A stretch of DNA of 64,000 bases, taken from contig CBDAOC010000016.1 of the NCBI GenBank assembly GCA_965197925.1, forward strand, positions 64,001 to 128,000. The letters are read 5' to 3'. Both the position numbers and the translations under genes were made by a program. Positions 27,628 through 36,965 of this stretch are shown piece by piece. The notes under the pieces were generated by a model. That model saw only the letters and a list, made by a program, of their open reading frames with translations, did not search any database and was not told the origin of the DNA. How positions within the stretch are numbered: position 1 is the first letter of the stretch; every line of letters starts with the position of its first letter. The stretch comes from Nitrososphaerales archaeon. GTDB taxonomy: Archaea > Thermoproteota > Nitrososphaeria > Nitrososphaerales > UBA213.

Positions 27628-28338
27628 ATGCCAACTAAACCCTTCCTAGCTATAGACATAGAAACAAATAAACCATTTCCAGTAGGAGAAAACTGGCGAA
27701 ACGCTGCGCCACTAGGTATAGCTTGTGCAACAGCCTACACATCTAACAAGTATTGGGTATGGGCTGAAAAAGACAATGATGGAACCTACAAAGATCAACT
27801 AACTATAGAGACAGCACAGGCACTAGTGCATGATCTACAAGTATTAGCCCAAGAATACACCATAGTAACTTGGAACGGAGCAGGATTCGACTGGCCCATC
27901 ATAGCACAGGAATCCACTGAATTAGAAACCTGCAAAACACTGACACTAAATCACGTAGACATGATGCTACAGTTAATGTGTGTAAAAGGATACCCAGTAT
28001 CTCTAGCCTCTGCTTGCACAACAATGGGAATGCCCTCTAAAACAGAAGGAATACACGGTTCAATGGTTAACGAAATGTGGGCCAATGGACAACGTGAACA
28101 AATCGTACAATACTGTATACAGGACTCCTATATAACAGCTACGCTAGCTGACATGTGCCAACGTATGAACAATCTACAGTGGACAAGTAAGCGCGGCATA
28201 CTACAAACATTAATGCTTCCCAACGGCTGGTTATCAGTCAGAGATGCATTACAACTACCCCTACCAGACACCTCTTGGATGACTGAGCCACTAACACGCC
28301 AATCATTCGTAAATTGGTTACTACAACAAAATGAATAA
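27628..28338 (+). CDS. RNase H-fold DEDDy 3'-5' exonuclease
   Basis: AIDIET, TWNGAGFDW, HVDM, YCIQD. Confidence 0.85.
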   Translation: MPTKPFLAIDIETNKPFPVGENWRNAAPLGIACATAYTSNKYWVWAEKDNDGTYKDQLTIETAQALVHDLQVLAQEYTIVTWNGAGFDWPIIAQESTELETCKTLTLNHVDMMLQLMCVKGYPVSLASACTTMGMPSKTEGIHGSMVNEMWANGQREQIVQYCIQDSYITATLADMCQRMNNLQWTSKRGILQTLMLPNGWLSVRDALQLPLPDTSWMTEPLTRQSFVNWLLQQNE

Positions 28339-31300
28339 CTTAACAAGATTACTGGCAAACATACTACATGTCACTAAATTTAGATGTACATGTCCAAGCA
28401 GTATTGCACAGAAAACAGACAAAGGATCACATATAATTAGAGTATGTGATCCAAATTTTTATAATAGTGACATAGTAAATGCCGTAAATAGTGCATTACA
28501 AGCCGTTACACAAAATCACAGCTGCAAAGGCCCCTGGAACACAAAGCACTGGTGCATAATGCCGCCAAATAGAGTGCCTACTGCACATAACCAAACCACA
28601 GCTGACATTAAACCAATCATAGGAAATAAACCTCAACTATACCCAGCGTTCTTCGATATAACTGCTGTAACTGGACAGACAAATCAAGAAGTACTAGAAC
28701 ACTTGCAATACGCAGTACCCGCTACACACAAGCGTGGACTAGTAGTAGCAGTGATGCCTAATACGCCGAACATGAAAGTATTAGAGCCTATGATACGCCT
28801 ACTAAATCCAATGGAAGTATTTGTATTCGAAGAGAACAATGTAATAATAGGACAACCTACAGCAAATCGTTACGGTTCAGATAGACCACTATCAATATAT
28901 GAAACTACCAAACTTCAACAAATATTGAATACCCTAGAGTATGCATCCATACAAACTGTAGCCAGCTACGGATACAGTTGGGATATATTCGTAAAAACAA
29001 GCATAGATCCCAGAAGTGCTATTGAACCAGTAACAACGGATACATTTGATCCAATAGACCTGCCCGCACACTTAGTAAATGATAGTACATGGACTAATGA
29101 AGACTACTTCGATGACATATTCGACACAGTAGTACATAACAAACTAGAACCTATTGAACCGTTACTTGCTGGACATTTAGGATTGCTACTGCCTGTAGGA
29201 TATCTAAACAACAAAGTAATATACGATAAAACTTCTGACAAAGATCCAATTATAATCAAGGGATCTGTTGAAAAGTTTGAACAAATAGTAGAAGAACAAC
29301 CTAATAAAATAGTCACCGAAGAAACATATGAGATTAGAATAACCACAATGAATCTAAAAACCGGTGAAGTAAGCTACATAGGTCAACAAGACGATGTATC
29401 ATTACCAGACTTCTTACAAAACAACCAATCTGCTTTATATAATACAGCCAAGACTTTATTCCCACCATCAGTAGACTACACACATACAGATGTAGAAACC
29501 TTTATTGATAGAATGAAATCACTAAAACGTCAACCAGTAGGAAAGCAAGGAGCAACAATCATATCTTTAGCATCACATATACGTGATAATAAAAACGCTT
29601 TTTGCATAGGACAACAAGGATCAGGTAAAACCTTCATAGCACTAGGTATAACAACCGCACTTAACTACAACAAAGTATTAGTCATGTGCCCCACTCACGC
29701 AGTGGAAACATGGAGACGCGAGATCAAAGAAACTATACCTAATGCAGTTGTTCTAAAGCCTAGCGGTATCTCAGGTACTAAGCATACAAAAACGGAAATA
29801 CCACTAGACAAGATAAACGATCTACCTTGTGATAAACCTACCTTTATAATGTTACCCAAAGATATTAGCAAACTAGGATTCACTGAAAAGCTAGAACTTA
29901 GACAGTCTATTCTATACAGAAACCAGTACGGCAGGGTTAGATCTAGTAACGTAACTCACAAAGACCCCGAACGCCTACCAAAAGAATGCCCCCATTGTCA
30001 AGATGAACAAGTATTAACACCAATCAAAATAGGTGATAAATACACGGTACAGTGTCCACAATGTAAGTTCCCACAAGAAATAACATGCCCCACATGCTGG
30101 CAACCTATACAAGATGCAAGAAAACTTCTAGCAACGAAAAAGATAACAAAGAAGATATACTGTACCAATAACATAGCATATCATCACGAACCCACGAATA
30201 GAATACGCTTTAATAAATGCGATGCACTACTAACCGCACCCGACACAGATGCTAGATTCCATCACCGTCTAGCATATGGTGACTATATAGCCAAGTACCT
30301 ATCTCACTGGCATGACATATTCATAATAGATGAACTACACCAGTATAAAGGTAAAGGTAGTCTTCAGACAATGGTAGCCGGAAAAATAGCACAGAAGTCT
30401 AAGAAAACTCTAGGATTAACTGGCACATTTATGGGTGGATACGCGGCAAATTTATACTGGCTATTTGAACATTTCATACCTAGATTCCCCGCAAATGGAT
30501 TAGAGTGGAACCGAGAAACAAAATTCGTAGAACTATTTGGTAAGTATAGACACACCTACAAAATGAATCGAACACAGTTTAATAGAATGATGGTAGGACT
30601 AACACGAAGACAGACAGGCCAACGAACACAGATACCTGGATATCATCCAGAACTTCTAAAATTTATATTACCTACATCTGTATTCGTAAAGATATATGAT
30701 ATCAATAGAGATCTATTAGCTCCACAAATATACGCTAAGATAATTCCTCTAGATAAAAACAACACCTTTGCCAAAGGTGAAGCCACATTAAATCAACACG
30801 ACGCATACTTTAAACTAAAAGCAGCGATGGAAACAAATGCTGTCGATAGAGTATCACGTGGAGAGAACTATAACATACTAGCTATGATCCATGAGCTTGT
30901 GGCATACCCAGAGAATTGCTGGCAAGGCGTAGCCCCTAAAGATACTACAACTGACAAGACAATAATAACACTACCAGAGATTCAACTACGTGAAGGAAAA
31001 CTTTTCCCTAAAGAAGAAGAACTAGTAAAAATTATACAAGAAGAAGTTGTAAATCAGAAACGAAAGTGCCTAATCTACTGCACACACACCAACGAAAAGG
31101 CCACATGGACACGAATAGTACAAATACTAAATGATCACCCACTACTACCGAACGTTAAATGTGCATTCATGGCAAGCAAAGGTGCAGCAGACACCCGTCT
31201 AAGTAGACTAGAAGCACTTGCAGAAAAGAATGATGTAGTCATAATTCAACCACAAGCTGTAGAGACAGGATTAAATCTACAACAATTCCCAACTATAATA

Positions 31301-31888
31301 TGGTATGAACCTCATCTCTCCATTTATACCAGTGAACAGGCTTCTGCTCGCTCTCACAGAATTAATCAAGATAAAGAAGTCAGAATCTACTACTTGGCGT
31401 ATGCCGGTACCTATCAAGAAAGGCAACTTCGATTGCTCGCAGATAAACGCGATGTTAGTAGTACTATCACGGGAGTAATAAATGAAGACTCCCTAAGCAG
31501 TCTAAACGCTAAACAAATGAACTTAAGAGAGATACTAGCAAAAGAATTTCATACCAACTATAAGTTCACTGACGAAAGAAGCATAGACGAACGTGCTACC
31601 GAAATATCAGAATTATTTAATCAACAACGTGAAACTATAACCAAACAAATAGAACAAGATACAATGACACTTCTAGATGATGCAACAAGCTCACACTATG
31701 AAAATATAATGGAAACCTCTTCAATACAAACTGTCGTACAACCTACCGAAGAACTAATAGAAATAGATCTAATTGAATCAGTTATTGCTAATGAACCATT
31801 ACGATACATATCTATAGGAACAGATCTAAATAATACTACATATCAAACACTACTAAAGACAGCAGGAAAACAAGGATCACTATTCTAA
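28331..31888 (+). CDS. Large SF2 (SNF2-like) helicase with Zn-ribbon insert and long N-terminal region
   Basis: GQQGSGKT, VMCP.H....W, DELH, LTGT, ETGLNL, QASARSHRINQ; CPHC/CPQC/CPTC insert. Confidence 0.88.
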   Translation: MNNLTRLLANILHVTKFRCTCPSSIAQKTDKGSHIIRVCDPNFYNSDIVNAVNSALQAVTQNHSCKGPWNTKHWCIMPPNRVPTAHNQTTADIKPIIGNKPQLYPAFFDITAVTGQTNQEVLEHLQYAVPATHKRGLVVAVMPNTPNMKVLEPMIRLLNPMEVFVFEENNVIIGQPTANRYGSDRPLSIYETTKLQQILNTLEYASIQTVASYGYSWDIFVKTSIDPRSAIEPVTTDTFDPIDLPAHLVNDSTWTNEDYFDDIFDTVVHNKLEPIEPLLAGHLGLLLPVGYLNNKVIYDKTSDKDPIIIKGSVEKFEQIVEEQPNKIVTEETYEIRITTMNLKTGEVSYIGQQDDVSLPDFLQNNQSALYNTAKTLFPPSVDYTHTDVETFIDRMKSLKRQPVGKQGATIISLASHIRDNKNAFCIGQQGSGKTFIALGITTALNYNKVLVMCPTHAVETWRREIKETIPNAVVLKPSGISGTKHTKTEIPLDKINDLPCDKPTFIMLPKDISKLGFTEKLELRQSILYRNQYGRVRSSNVTHKDPERLPKECPHCQDEQVLTPIKIGDKYTVQCPQCKFPQEITCPTCWQPIQDARKLLATKKITKKIYCTNNIAYHHEPTNRIRFNKCDALLTAPDTDARFHHRLAYGDYIAKYLSHWHDIFIIDELHQYKGKGSLQTMVAGKIAQKSKKTLGLTGTFMGGYAANLYWLFEHFIPRFPANGLEWNRETKFVELFGKYRHTYKMNRTQFNRMMVGLTRRQTGQRTQIPGYHPELLKFILPTSVFVKIYDINRDLLAPQIYAKIIPLDKNNTFAKGEATLNQHDAYFKLKAAMETNAVDRVSRGENYNILAMIHELVAYPENCWQGVAPKDTTTDKTIITLPEIQLREGKLFPKEEELVKIIQEEVVNQKRKCLIYCTHTNEKATWTRIVQILNDHPLLPNVKCAFMASKGAADTRLSRLEALAEKNDVVIIQPQAVETGLNLQQFPTIIWYEPHLSIYTSEQASARSHRINQDKEVRIYYLAYAGTYQERQLRLLADKRDVSSTITGVINEDSLSSLNAKQMNLREILAKEFHTNYKFTDERSIDERATEISELFNQQRETITKQIEQDTMTLLDDATSSHYENIMETSSIQTVVQPTEELIEIDLIESVIANEPLRYISIGTDLNNTTYQTLLKTAGKQGSLF

Positions 31889-32266
31889 ATGTCACCATCA
31901 CCGCAATGGGTATCTCACACACTTAACAGACCAGAAAAGTATACACTATATGGCCCACCAGATAAACATAGTCCTGGATATTGCTACGTTGCAACTATAG
32001 AGTTAGGCTTCCCACCTTGTAAATATGTAGTAACTATATCCCACACTCCCCGAATATCTCATGGATACTCAACAGAATTCGTACATAAAGCTACTATAAA
32101 AATACTTGAACACGAATTCATTGAACTTACAGACCGATCTATACTTTCAGCAAAAGAATTTGCAGAGCGTGCTCTCAATTGGTACAGTGACACCAGTCAA
32201 CATAGAGAACGAATGAGAACCCATATGGCTGCTACATTTAATATTGATTCCGAAGATAGTACATGA
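31889..32266 (+). CDS. hypothetical protein
   Basis: ORF abutting the helicase. Confidence 0.55.
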   Translation: MSPSPQWVSHTLNRPEKYTLYGPPDKHSPGYCYVATIELGFPPCKYVVTISHTPRISHGYSTEFVHKATIKILEHEFIELTDRSILSAKEFAERALNWYSDTSQHRERMRTHMAATFNIDSEDST

Positions 32267-32272
32267 TATACT
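32244..32272 (+). promoter_or_regulatory. sigma70-type promoter
   Basis: TTGATT-17 nt-TATACT with TG extension. Confidence 0.6.
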
Positions 32273-32307
32273 TAGTATCACACTAAATTAGTAGGAAGTA
32301 ACCAATC

Positions 32308-32547
32308 ATGCCCGTTCACACACCTATAAACTTAAAACATATCACAAATCGTGAATGGGCATATTACAAAAAACCATGCGTACGTCTAGAATGCCCCGGA
32401 AAATTTTTTCTAATTTATAACGACATGACCTGTCACGCATGTGGACACCAAGTACCAAGACCTAATGAAGAATCTAGACAACCTAAACCCAGAAAAGACT
32501 ATAAAAGAACTGATAGCTATGCTGAACGTAGGAGCGATACGATTTAA
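32308..32547 (+). CDS. Zn-ribbon small protein
   Basis: CVRLEC...CHAC; AGGA RBS. Confidence 0.55.
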   Translation: MPVHTPINLKHITNREWAYYKKPCVRLECPGKFFLIYNDMTCHACGHQVPRPNEESRQPKPRKDYKRTDSYAERRSDTI

Positions 32548-32665
32548 TGTATTGTCAATACCAGGCACAGACTTTCGAAACACAGTTAAACAAGTACAAT
32601 TAATATACTTAAATGACAACAACGAGAAAATGATACAACCTATAGGAAAACCTATAAACGTATAA
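32465..32665 (+). CDS. small hypothetical protein
   Basis: ORF ending just before tRNA-Gly. Confidence 0.4.
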   Translation: MKNLDNLNPEKTIKELIAMLNVGAIRFNVLSIPGTDFRNTVKQVQLIYLNDNNEKMIQPIGKPINV

Positions 32666-32670
32666 CCAAC

Positions 32671-32744
32671 GCCGGTGTAGTTTAATGACAGAACCTCACA
32701 CTTCCAATGTGATCGTGCGGGTTTGATTCCCGCCATCGGCTCCA
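32671..32744 (+). tRNA. tRNA-Gly(TCC) with non-canonical D/T loops
   Basis: GCCGGTG/CATCGGC acceptor, TCACA-CTTCCAA-TGTGA, T loop TTTGATT, TCCA. Confidence 0.85.
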
Positions 32745-32746
32745 TT

Positions 32747-33010
32747 ATGATGATAGAATCATACAAATTTAATCTAATTACACAAAATTTCAGAGCAAGT
32801 CAACAGTACGCACCAAATCAAATATATCTATACAATTATTATTTAAATAGTCGTAACATATTTTCATTAACTCGTAGACAACCAAACATACCAATAGCCT
32901 ATAAACTTCTAGAAGTATCAGAAACACTACTACAATTTCATATAAATATAGCACGAATAACTGAACGACATAAAGAATTCACAATTATAGACTATGTTGC
33001 ACGATTATAA
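32747..33010 (+). CDS. small hypothetical protein
   Basis: ATG immediately after tRNA. Confidence 0.45.
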   Translation: MMIESYKFNLITQNFRASQQYAPNQIYLYNYYLNSRNIFSLTRRQPNIPIAYKLLEVSETLLQFHINIARITERHKEFTIIDYVARL

Positions 33011-33263
33011 AGCACTTAAACTAAACAACTTAAATACAATTTTACAAAGACCTAATCAAATTGGTATAACTGGATCTGTAAACATAGCAAGAGACATGTA
33101 CGGCCAATCCATATTTATACCTTACATACCAATTCAAATAGTACTTTTGTATATACAAAAAGAAATTTATAACCATCTACCGGGCGTAGTTTTAGCGGTA
33201 AAACATCTGCTTGCCATGCAGAAGGCACGAGTTCGAATCTCGTCGCCCGGTCCATTACATTAA
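32994..33263 (+). CDS. small hypothetical protein whose frame runs through tRNA-Gly(GCC)
   Basis: ORF-track call overlapping the tRNA. Confidence 0.35.
   Translation: MLHDYKALKLNNLNTILQRPNQIGITGSVNIARDMYGQSIFIPYIPIQIVLLYIQKEIYNHLPGVVLAVKHLLAMQKARVRISSPGPLH
33180..33254 (+). tRNA. tRNA-Gly(GCC)
   Basis: CCGGGCG/CGCCCGG acceptor, TCTGC-TTGCCAT-GCAGA, GTTCGAATC, TCCA. Confidence 0.88.
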
Positions 33264-33273
33264 AGGAAACAAC

Positions 33274-33603
33274 TTGAACATACCAGATCTAAATAACTTA
33301 CCTTGGAATAACATCAGAACAGATTCATACATAGCAACAGCATATGAAAGATTTGTAATATATGTAACCAATATAGAAAGAATAAACGCTCAATATAACT
33401 GGAGATACATCGTAATAGATTTAGAAAGTACCGTATCTGTAACTGAACGAATAAATATGAAAGGATGTAGACATGGTATATACACAAACTTAACACCCAC
33501 AAAAGAAATGACAAAATCACTTATAACAGAAGTAATAAATGAAATATTTGCCGCAGAAAAACCACACACAATTTACAACAAAGACACACGAAATTGGCCG
33601 TAA
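33274..33603 (+). CDS. hypothetical protein
   Basis: AAAGGA RBS before TTG at 33274. Confidence 0.55.
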   Translation: MNIPDLNNLPWNNIRTDSYIATAYERFVIYVTNIERINAQYNWRYIVIDLESTVSVTERINMKGCRHGIYTNLTPTKEMTKSLITEVINEIFAAEKPHTIYNKDTRNWP

Positions 33604-34032
33604 ATGTATTACGTATTTGATTTAGACGGAACACTAAGTGACGACAGTCACCGAGAGCACTTCCGCAAACAAGAACCAAAAGACTGGAACGCATACAACG
33701 CTGCATGCGATAAAGACACTCCTATACAAGAAACAATAGAAATAATATCTTCTTTGTATACAGACGGGATACATAGAATAGAAATTTGGACTGGCAGAAC
33801 AGAAAACGAACGAAGTAAAACAGAAAAATGGCTATACAAGCATAAAATTAACTATGATCGAATAAAAATGAGACCAGACAATGATTTCAGAACAGCCGAC
33901 ATATTAAAAACAGAATGGTTAGACAACGAAGAAACTAAACCCGATATAATATTTGAAGACAGAGAAACACAAGTACAGTATTGGCTTGACGCTGGTATAA
34001 ATGTTTTACTACTAAAAAGAACGCAGAAATAA
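33604..34032 (+). CDS. HAD phosphatase (T4 polynucleotide kinase/phosphatase C-terminal-like)
   Basis: DLDGTL, WTGR, MRP..D.R....K, FEDR. Confidence 0.85.
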   Translation: MYYVFDLDGTLSDDSHREHFRKQEPKDWNAYNAACDKDTPIQETIEIISSLYTDGIHRIEIWTGRTENERSKTEKWLYKHKINYDRIKMRPDNDFRTADILKTEWLDNEETKPDIIFEDRETQVQYWLDAGINVLLLKRTQK

Positions 34033-34033
34033 C

Positions 34034-34273
34034 ATGACTACTGAACCAATTCTACATGTAACATTCCAGAACATAACTTTCCGTGATAGAACAATGATAG
34101 TACTAGAACTACAAAACCATCTATTAGAAACAATAGATTGTACAGATATAGAGTATACAAATCCCAAAAACTTAGACACAGTACAATTCATTGCCGTGTA
34201 TAAAACAGGTGAAGAAATAGAAGCTGAACTCGCTGAATACAACGCTCGTTGGTTTAAAGAATGGTGGGCTTAA
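34034..34273 (+). CDS. small hypothetical protein
   Basis: ORF in operon context. Confidence 0.5.
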   Translation: MTTEPILHVTFQNITFRDRTMIVLELQNHLLETIDCTDIEYTNPKNLDTVQFIAVYKTGEEIEAELAEYNARWFKEWWA

Positions 34274-35220
34274 TGACCTTAAAACAATTTGAACCACCAA
34301 GAGCTTACGAACCGAAAGACAAAGACACAATACTATCAACACAACATAGTATTATAGAACCTAAACTAGATGGTGTTAGAGGCATCATACACTGCACCCC
34401 TGATGGGGTGTTTATTTTATCTCGTAGAGTAAACAAAGATGGAGCATACACACAATTTCAAGACAATGTACCACACCTACGAGACCATGCCACACTAGTT
34501 ACATTAGGAAAAGCTGGCTACACCATTCTAGACAGTGAGCTACTAGCACCAGTAGATGACGATACTCTAGGAAACACTATGAGTATAATAGGAGCCAAAC
34601 CAGAGAAAGCTATAGAAACACAAAAGAAAATAGGCAATGCTTATATTGTTTTGTTTGATGTAATAGAATTCAAAGGAAAGGATATAAGAAAATATGCATG
34701 GCGCGCACGAAGACTATATCTTAATGAAATAGAACTAGATGAAAAGAACAAATACATAAGAAGAATACCATATGTAGAAAACACTATTATAGAACAACGA
34801 AGAACAATAGCTGCAAACTACATTAAAGCTGGATACGAAGGTGTTGTCCTCAAGAATCCAGAAGCTGGCTACTTTGACTCTCGCGCATGGTTAAAGCATA
34901 AAGAACGCACAACCATAGATGCACAGATTACAGGATGGATACCAGGTAAAGGTAAATATGCTAACAACATAGGAGCCTTAAAAACTTCCATACTGAATAG
35001 CAAAAATGAATTACAATTCCTATGCACCGTTGCTCCCGGAACTGATGCTAAACGAAGTGCTCTCTACAATAGATTCATAAATTTATCTGAAGAGAAAATA
35101 ACAGCACTGAAACTTATAGTAGAGATAGAAGGACAACAAATGACAAAAGATAAATCAATTAGACACCCACGAATACTACGTTACCGAGAGGATCGTAGTA
35201 CTCCTACAAAAGTAGAATAA
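34273..35220 (+). CDS. ATP-dependent DNA ligase
   Basis: EPKLDGVR (motif I), LDSE, FDVI, EGVVLK, WLKHK, RHPR...REDR. Confidence 0.9.
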   Translation: MTLKQFEPPRAYEPKDKDTILSTQHSIIEPKLDGVRGIIHCTPDGVFILSRRVNKDGAYTQFQDNVPHLRDHATLVTLGKAGYTILDSELLAPVDDDTLGNTMSIIGAKPEKAIETQKKIGNAYIVLFDVIEFKGKDIRKYAWRARRLYLNEIELDEKNKYIRRIPYVENTIIEQRRTIAANYIKAGYEGVVLKNPEAGYFDSRAWLKHKERTTIDAQITGWIPGKGKYANNIGALKTSILNSKNELQFLCTVAPGTDAKRSALYNRFINLSEEKITALKLIVEIEGQQMTKDKSIRHPRILRYREDRSTPTKVE

Positions 35221-35796
35221 ATGATACACATAGTACTTGATCTAGAAGCCACTTGTTCTAACATACAAGAGAACTTTTTAATGGAAATCATAGAAATTGG
35301 CGCGGTAGCCATAAATGATAGAGGAGAAATACTAGATACTTTCGATACATTTATAAAACCAATAGTAAATACAAAACTAACTAAATTTTGCACAGAGCTA
35401 ACAACAATAACTCAAGATAATGTAGATGCAGCACCATTATTTCCCACTGCATTAAAATCATTTCTTAATTGGATAGATGACCACAACATAGATGATGAAT
35501 ATAAAGGGCTAAAGCTATGGAGCTGGGGTTATTACGATAAAAACCAATTCATGAAAGATTGTGCATTACATAACACAACCACATCCTGGTTACTAACAAG
35601 GCATTACAATCTTAGAGTAGCTTTTAAAAATAGACACAAACTACGTAAGAATCCAGGAATGGACGTAGCTTTAAACATGAAAAACATACCATTAGTAGGA
35701 ACACATCACAGAGGAATAGACGACGCTAAAAACTTAGCTGAAATATTCATAGATGATATGCAATGGTTCATAGAGAACACACCAGTATCAGAGTAA
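35221..35796 (+). CDS. DEDDh exonuclease, ERI-1/KapD-like
   Basis: DLEATC, EIIEIGAV, FCTELT.ITQ..VD, SWG.YD, HRGIDDA. Confidence 0.9.
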   Translation: MIHIVLDLEATCSNIQENFLMEIIEIGAVAINDRGEILDTFDTFIKPIVNTKLTKFCTELTTITQDNVDAAPLFPTALKSFLNWIDDHNIDDEYKGLKLWSWGYYDKNQFMKDCALHNTTTSWLLTRHYNLRVAFKNRHKLRKNPGMDVALNMKNIPLVGTHHRGIDDAKNLAEIFIDDMQWFIENTPVSE

Positions 35797-35797
35797 A

Positions 35798-36553
35798 ATG
35801 ATTCCTGAAATAGTTACATCAACAGACTACATGCAAGCCAAGTGGAACATAACCACTGGTTGTAGCCTACTATCAGAGGCATGTAAAGTATGCCTAATAG
35901 GTTCTTATAGCGAACATTATTCAAAGTTTGATCCGCTGTTCAAGAACAAACTAATGCCCACACTACATGAACACAATCTCCAACTACCCGGCAGTTGGTT
36001 TGAGCCAAGAATAATTGAAGTATCACCTTACAGTGATCTATTCAATCCCGCTTTTCCATCTTCATTCATACACAAAGTATTCACAGTAATCGAAAACACT
36101 CCACGTCACATTTACATGCTCACCACTAAGTATGTAAACAGAGCCAACAATGCGTCAAACGTACTAGGTTGGCCCTCTAATCTATGGTGCGGAACCAGTA
36201 TAGAAATGAACCAATACATGGACAGATTAGAAGAGCTTGCTCTCATACCAGCACCAGTAAGATATGTAGAGTTTCAACCTATACTTGAAAACATAGAACC
36301 TTTCCAATTCAAGTCACCCATAGACTTCGCAACAGCACAAAAAGATATTACAGGACACAAACCATATGACATGCAATGGATAGAGAACATACGATCCGCA
36401 TGTAACAACAAAGAGATTCCTCTAATATTCAAAACTAGTAACAATGAATTTCCCACCCTAACCGAAACAGTAGGAGAGATATTAAATTTCTCCATTGACA
36501 GCGAGAAAACCCCATCAACATGGACCGTGAACTGGCCGCGCAAAAATGCTTAG
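35798..36553 (+). CDS. DUF5131 (phage Gp37/Gp68, radical-SAM-like) protein
   Basis: WNITTGCxxxSEACKVC, SDLF, HIY.L.TK, NLWCGTSIE. Confidence 0.8.
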   Translation: MIPEIVTSTDYMQAKWNITTGCSLLSEACKVCLIGSYSEHYSKFDPLFKNKLMPTLHEHNLQLPGSWFEPRIIEVSPYSDLFNPAFPSSFIHKVFTVIENTPRHIYMLTTKYVNRANNASNVLGWPSNLWCGTSIEMNQYMDRLEELALIPAPVRYVEFQPILENIEPFQFKSPIDFATAQKDITGHKPYDMQWIENIRSACNNKEIPLIFKTSNNEFPTLTETVGEILNFSIDSEKTPSTWTVNWPRKNA

Positions 36554-36693
36554 AAATCCTAGTAAAAATAGATAATAAGACATACGAAGTATTTGAACAA
36601 ATAAATCCGTATGTACAGAAAGTTAAATACGTGCCTACCATACTCTTTGCAATCGGACTCGTCGCTTATGCTGTTTGGTACCACGTATTCTAA
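36520..36693 (+). CDS. small protein with C-terminal TM helix
   Basis: Hand translation, 57 aa ending TILFAIGLVAYAVWYHVF; TAATG coupling to next ORF. Confidence 0.35.
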   Translation: MDRELAAQKCLEILVKIDNKTYEVFEQINPYVQKVKYVPTILFAIGLVAYAVWYHVF

Positions 36694-36965
36694 TGATAAC
36701 ACCAACACATAAACTAAAATTACCAAAAAACATTGTAATAGCAACATACGAATTAGATTCTAACGAAAATAAGAATAAGGTCGCTCAAGAACTATCGAGC
36801 GACCTTACTTATTATTCTCTAGAAGAAACAATAGAAATACACACACATAAAATTTTCTCTATGCCACGATCAAACAAACTTGTTCACGTGGCTACTGTGA
36901 AACAGAGTAACGGTGATTCTATGCAACAGATGATCAATACTCTAGGATTAGGTAGAACGAGCTAA
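36693..36965 (+). CDS. hypothetical protein, last of the + strand block
   Basis: Converges on the tail module. Confidence 0.45.
   Translation: MITPTHKLKLPKNIVIATYELDSNENKNKVAQELSSDLTYYSLEETIEIHTHKIFSMPRSNKLVHVATVKQSNGDSMQQMINTLGLGRTS

Noticed and set aside
26323..33603. Paralogy of ORFs 26323 and 33274 (both end YN..D...WP)
   Set aside because: Similarity is limited to a few terminal residues and cannot be supported without alignment statistics
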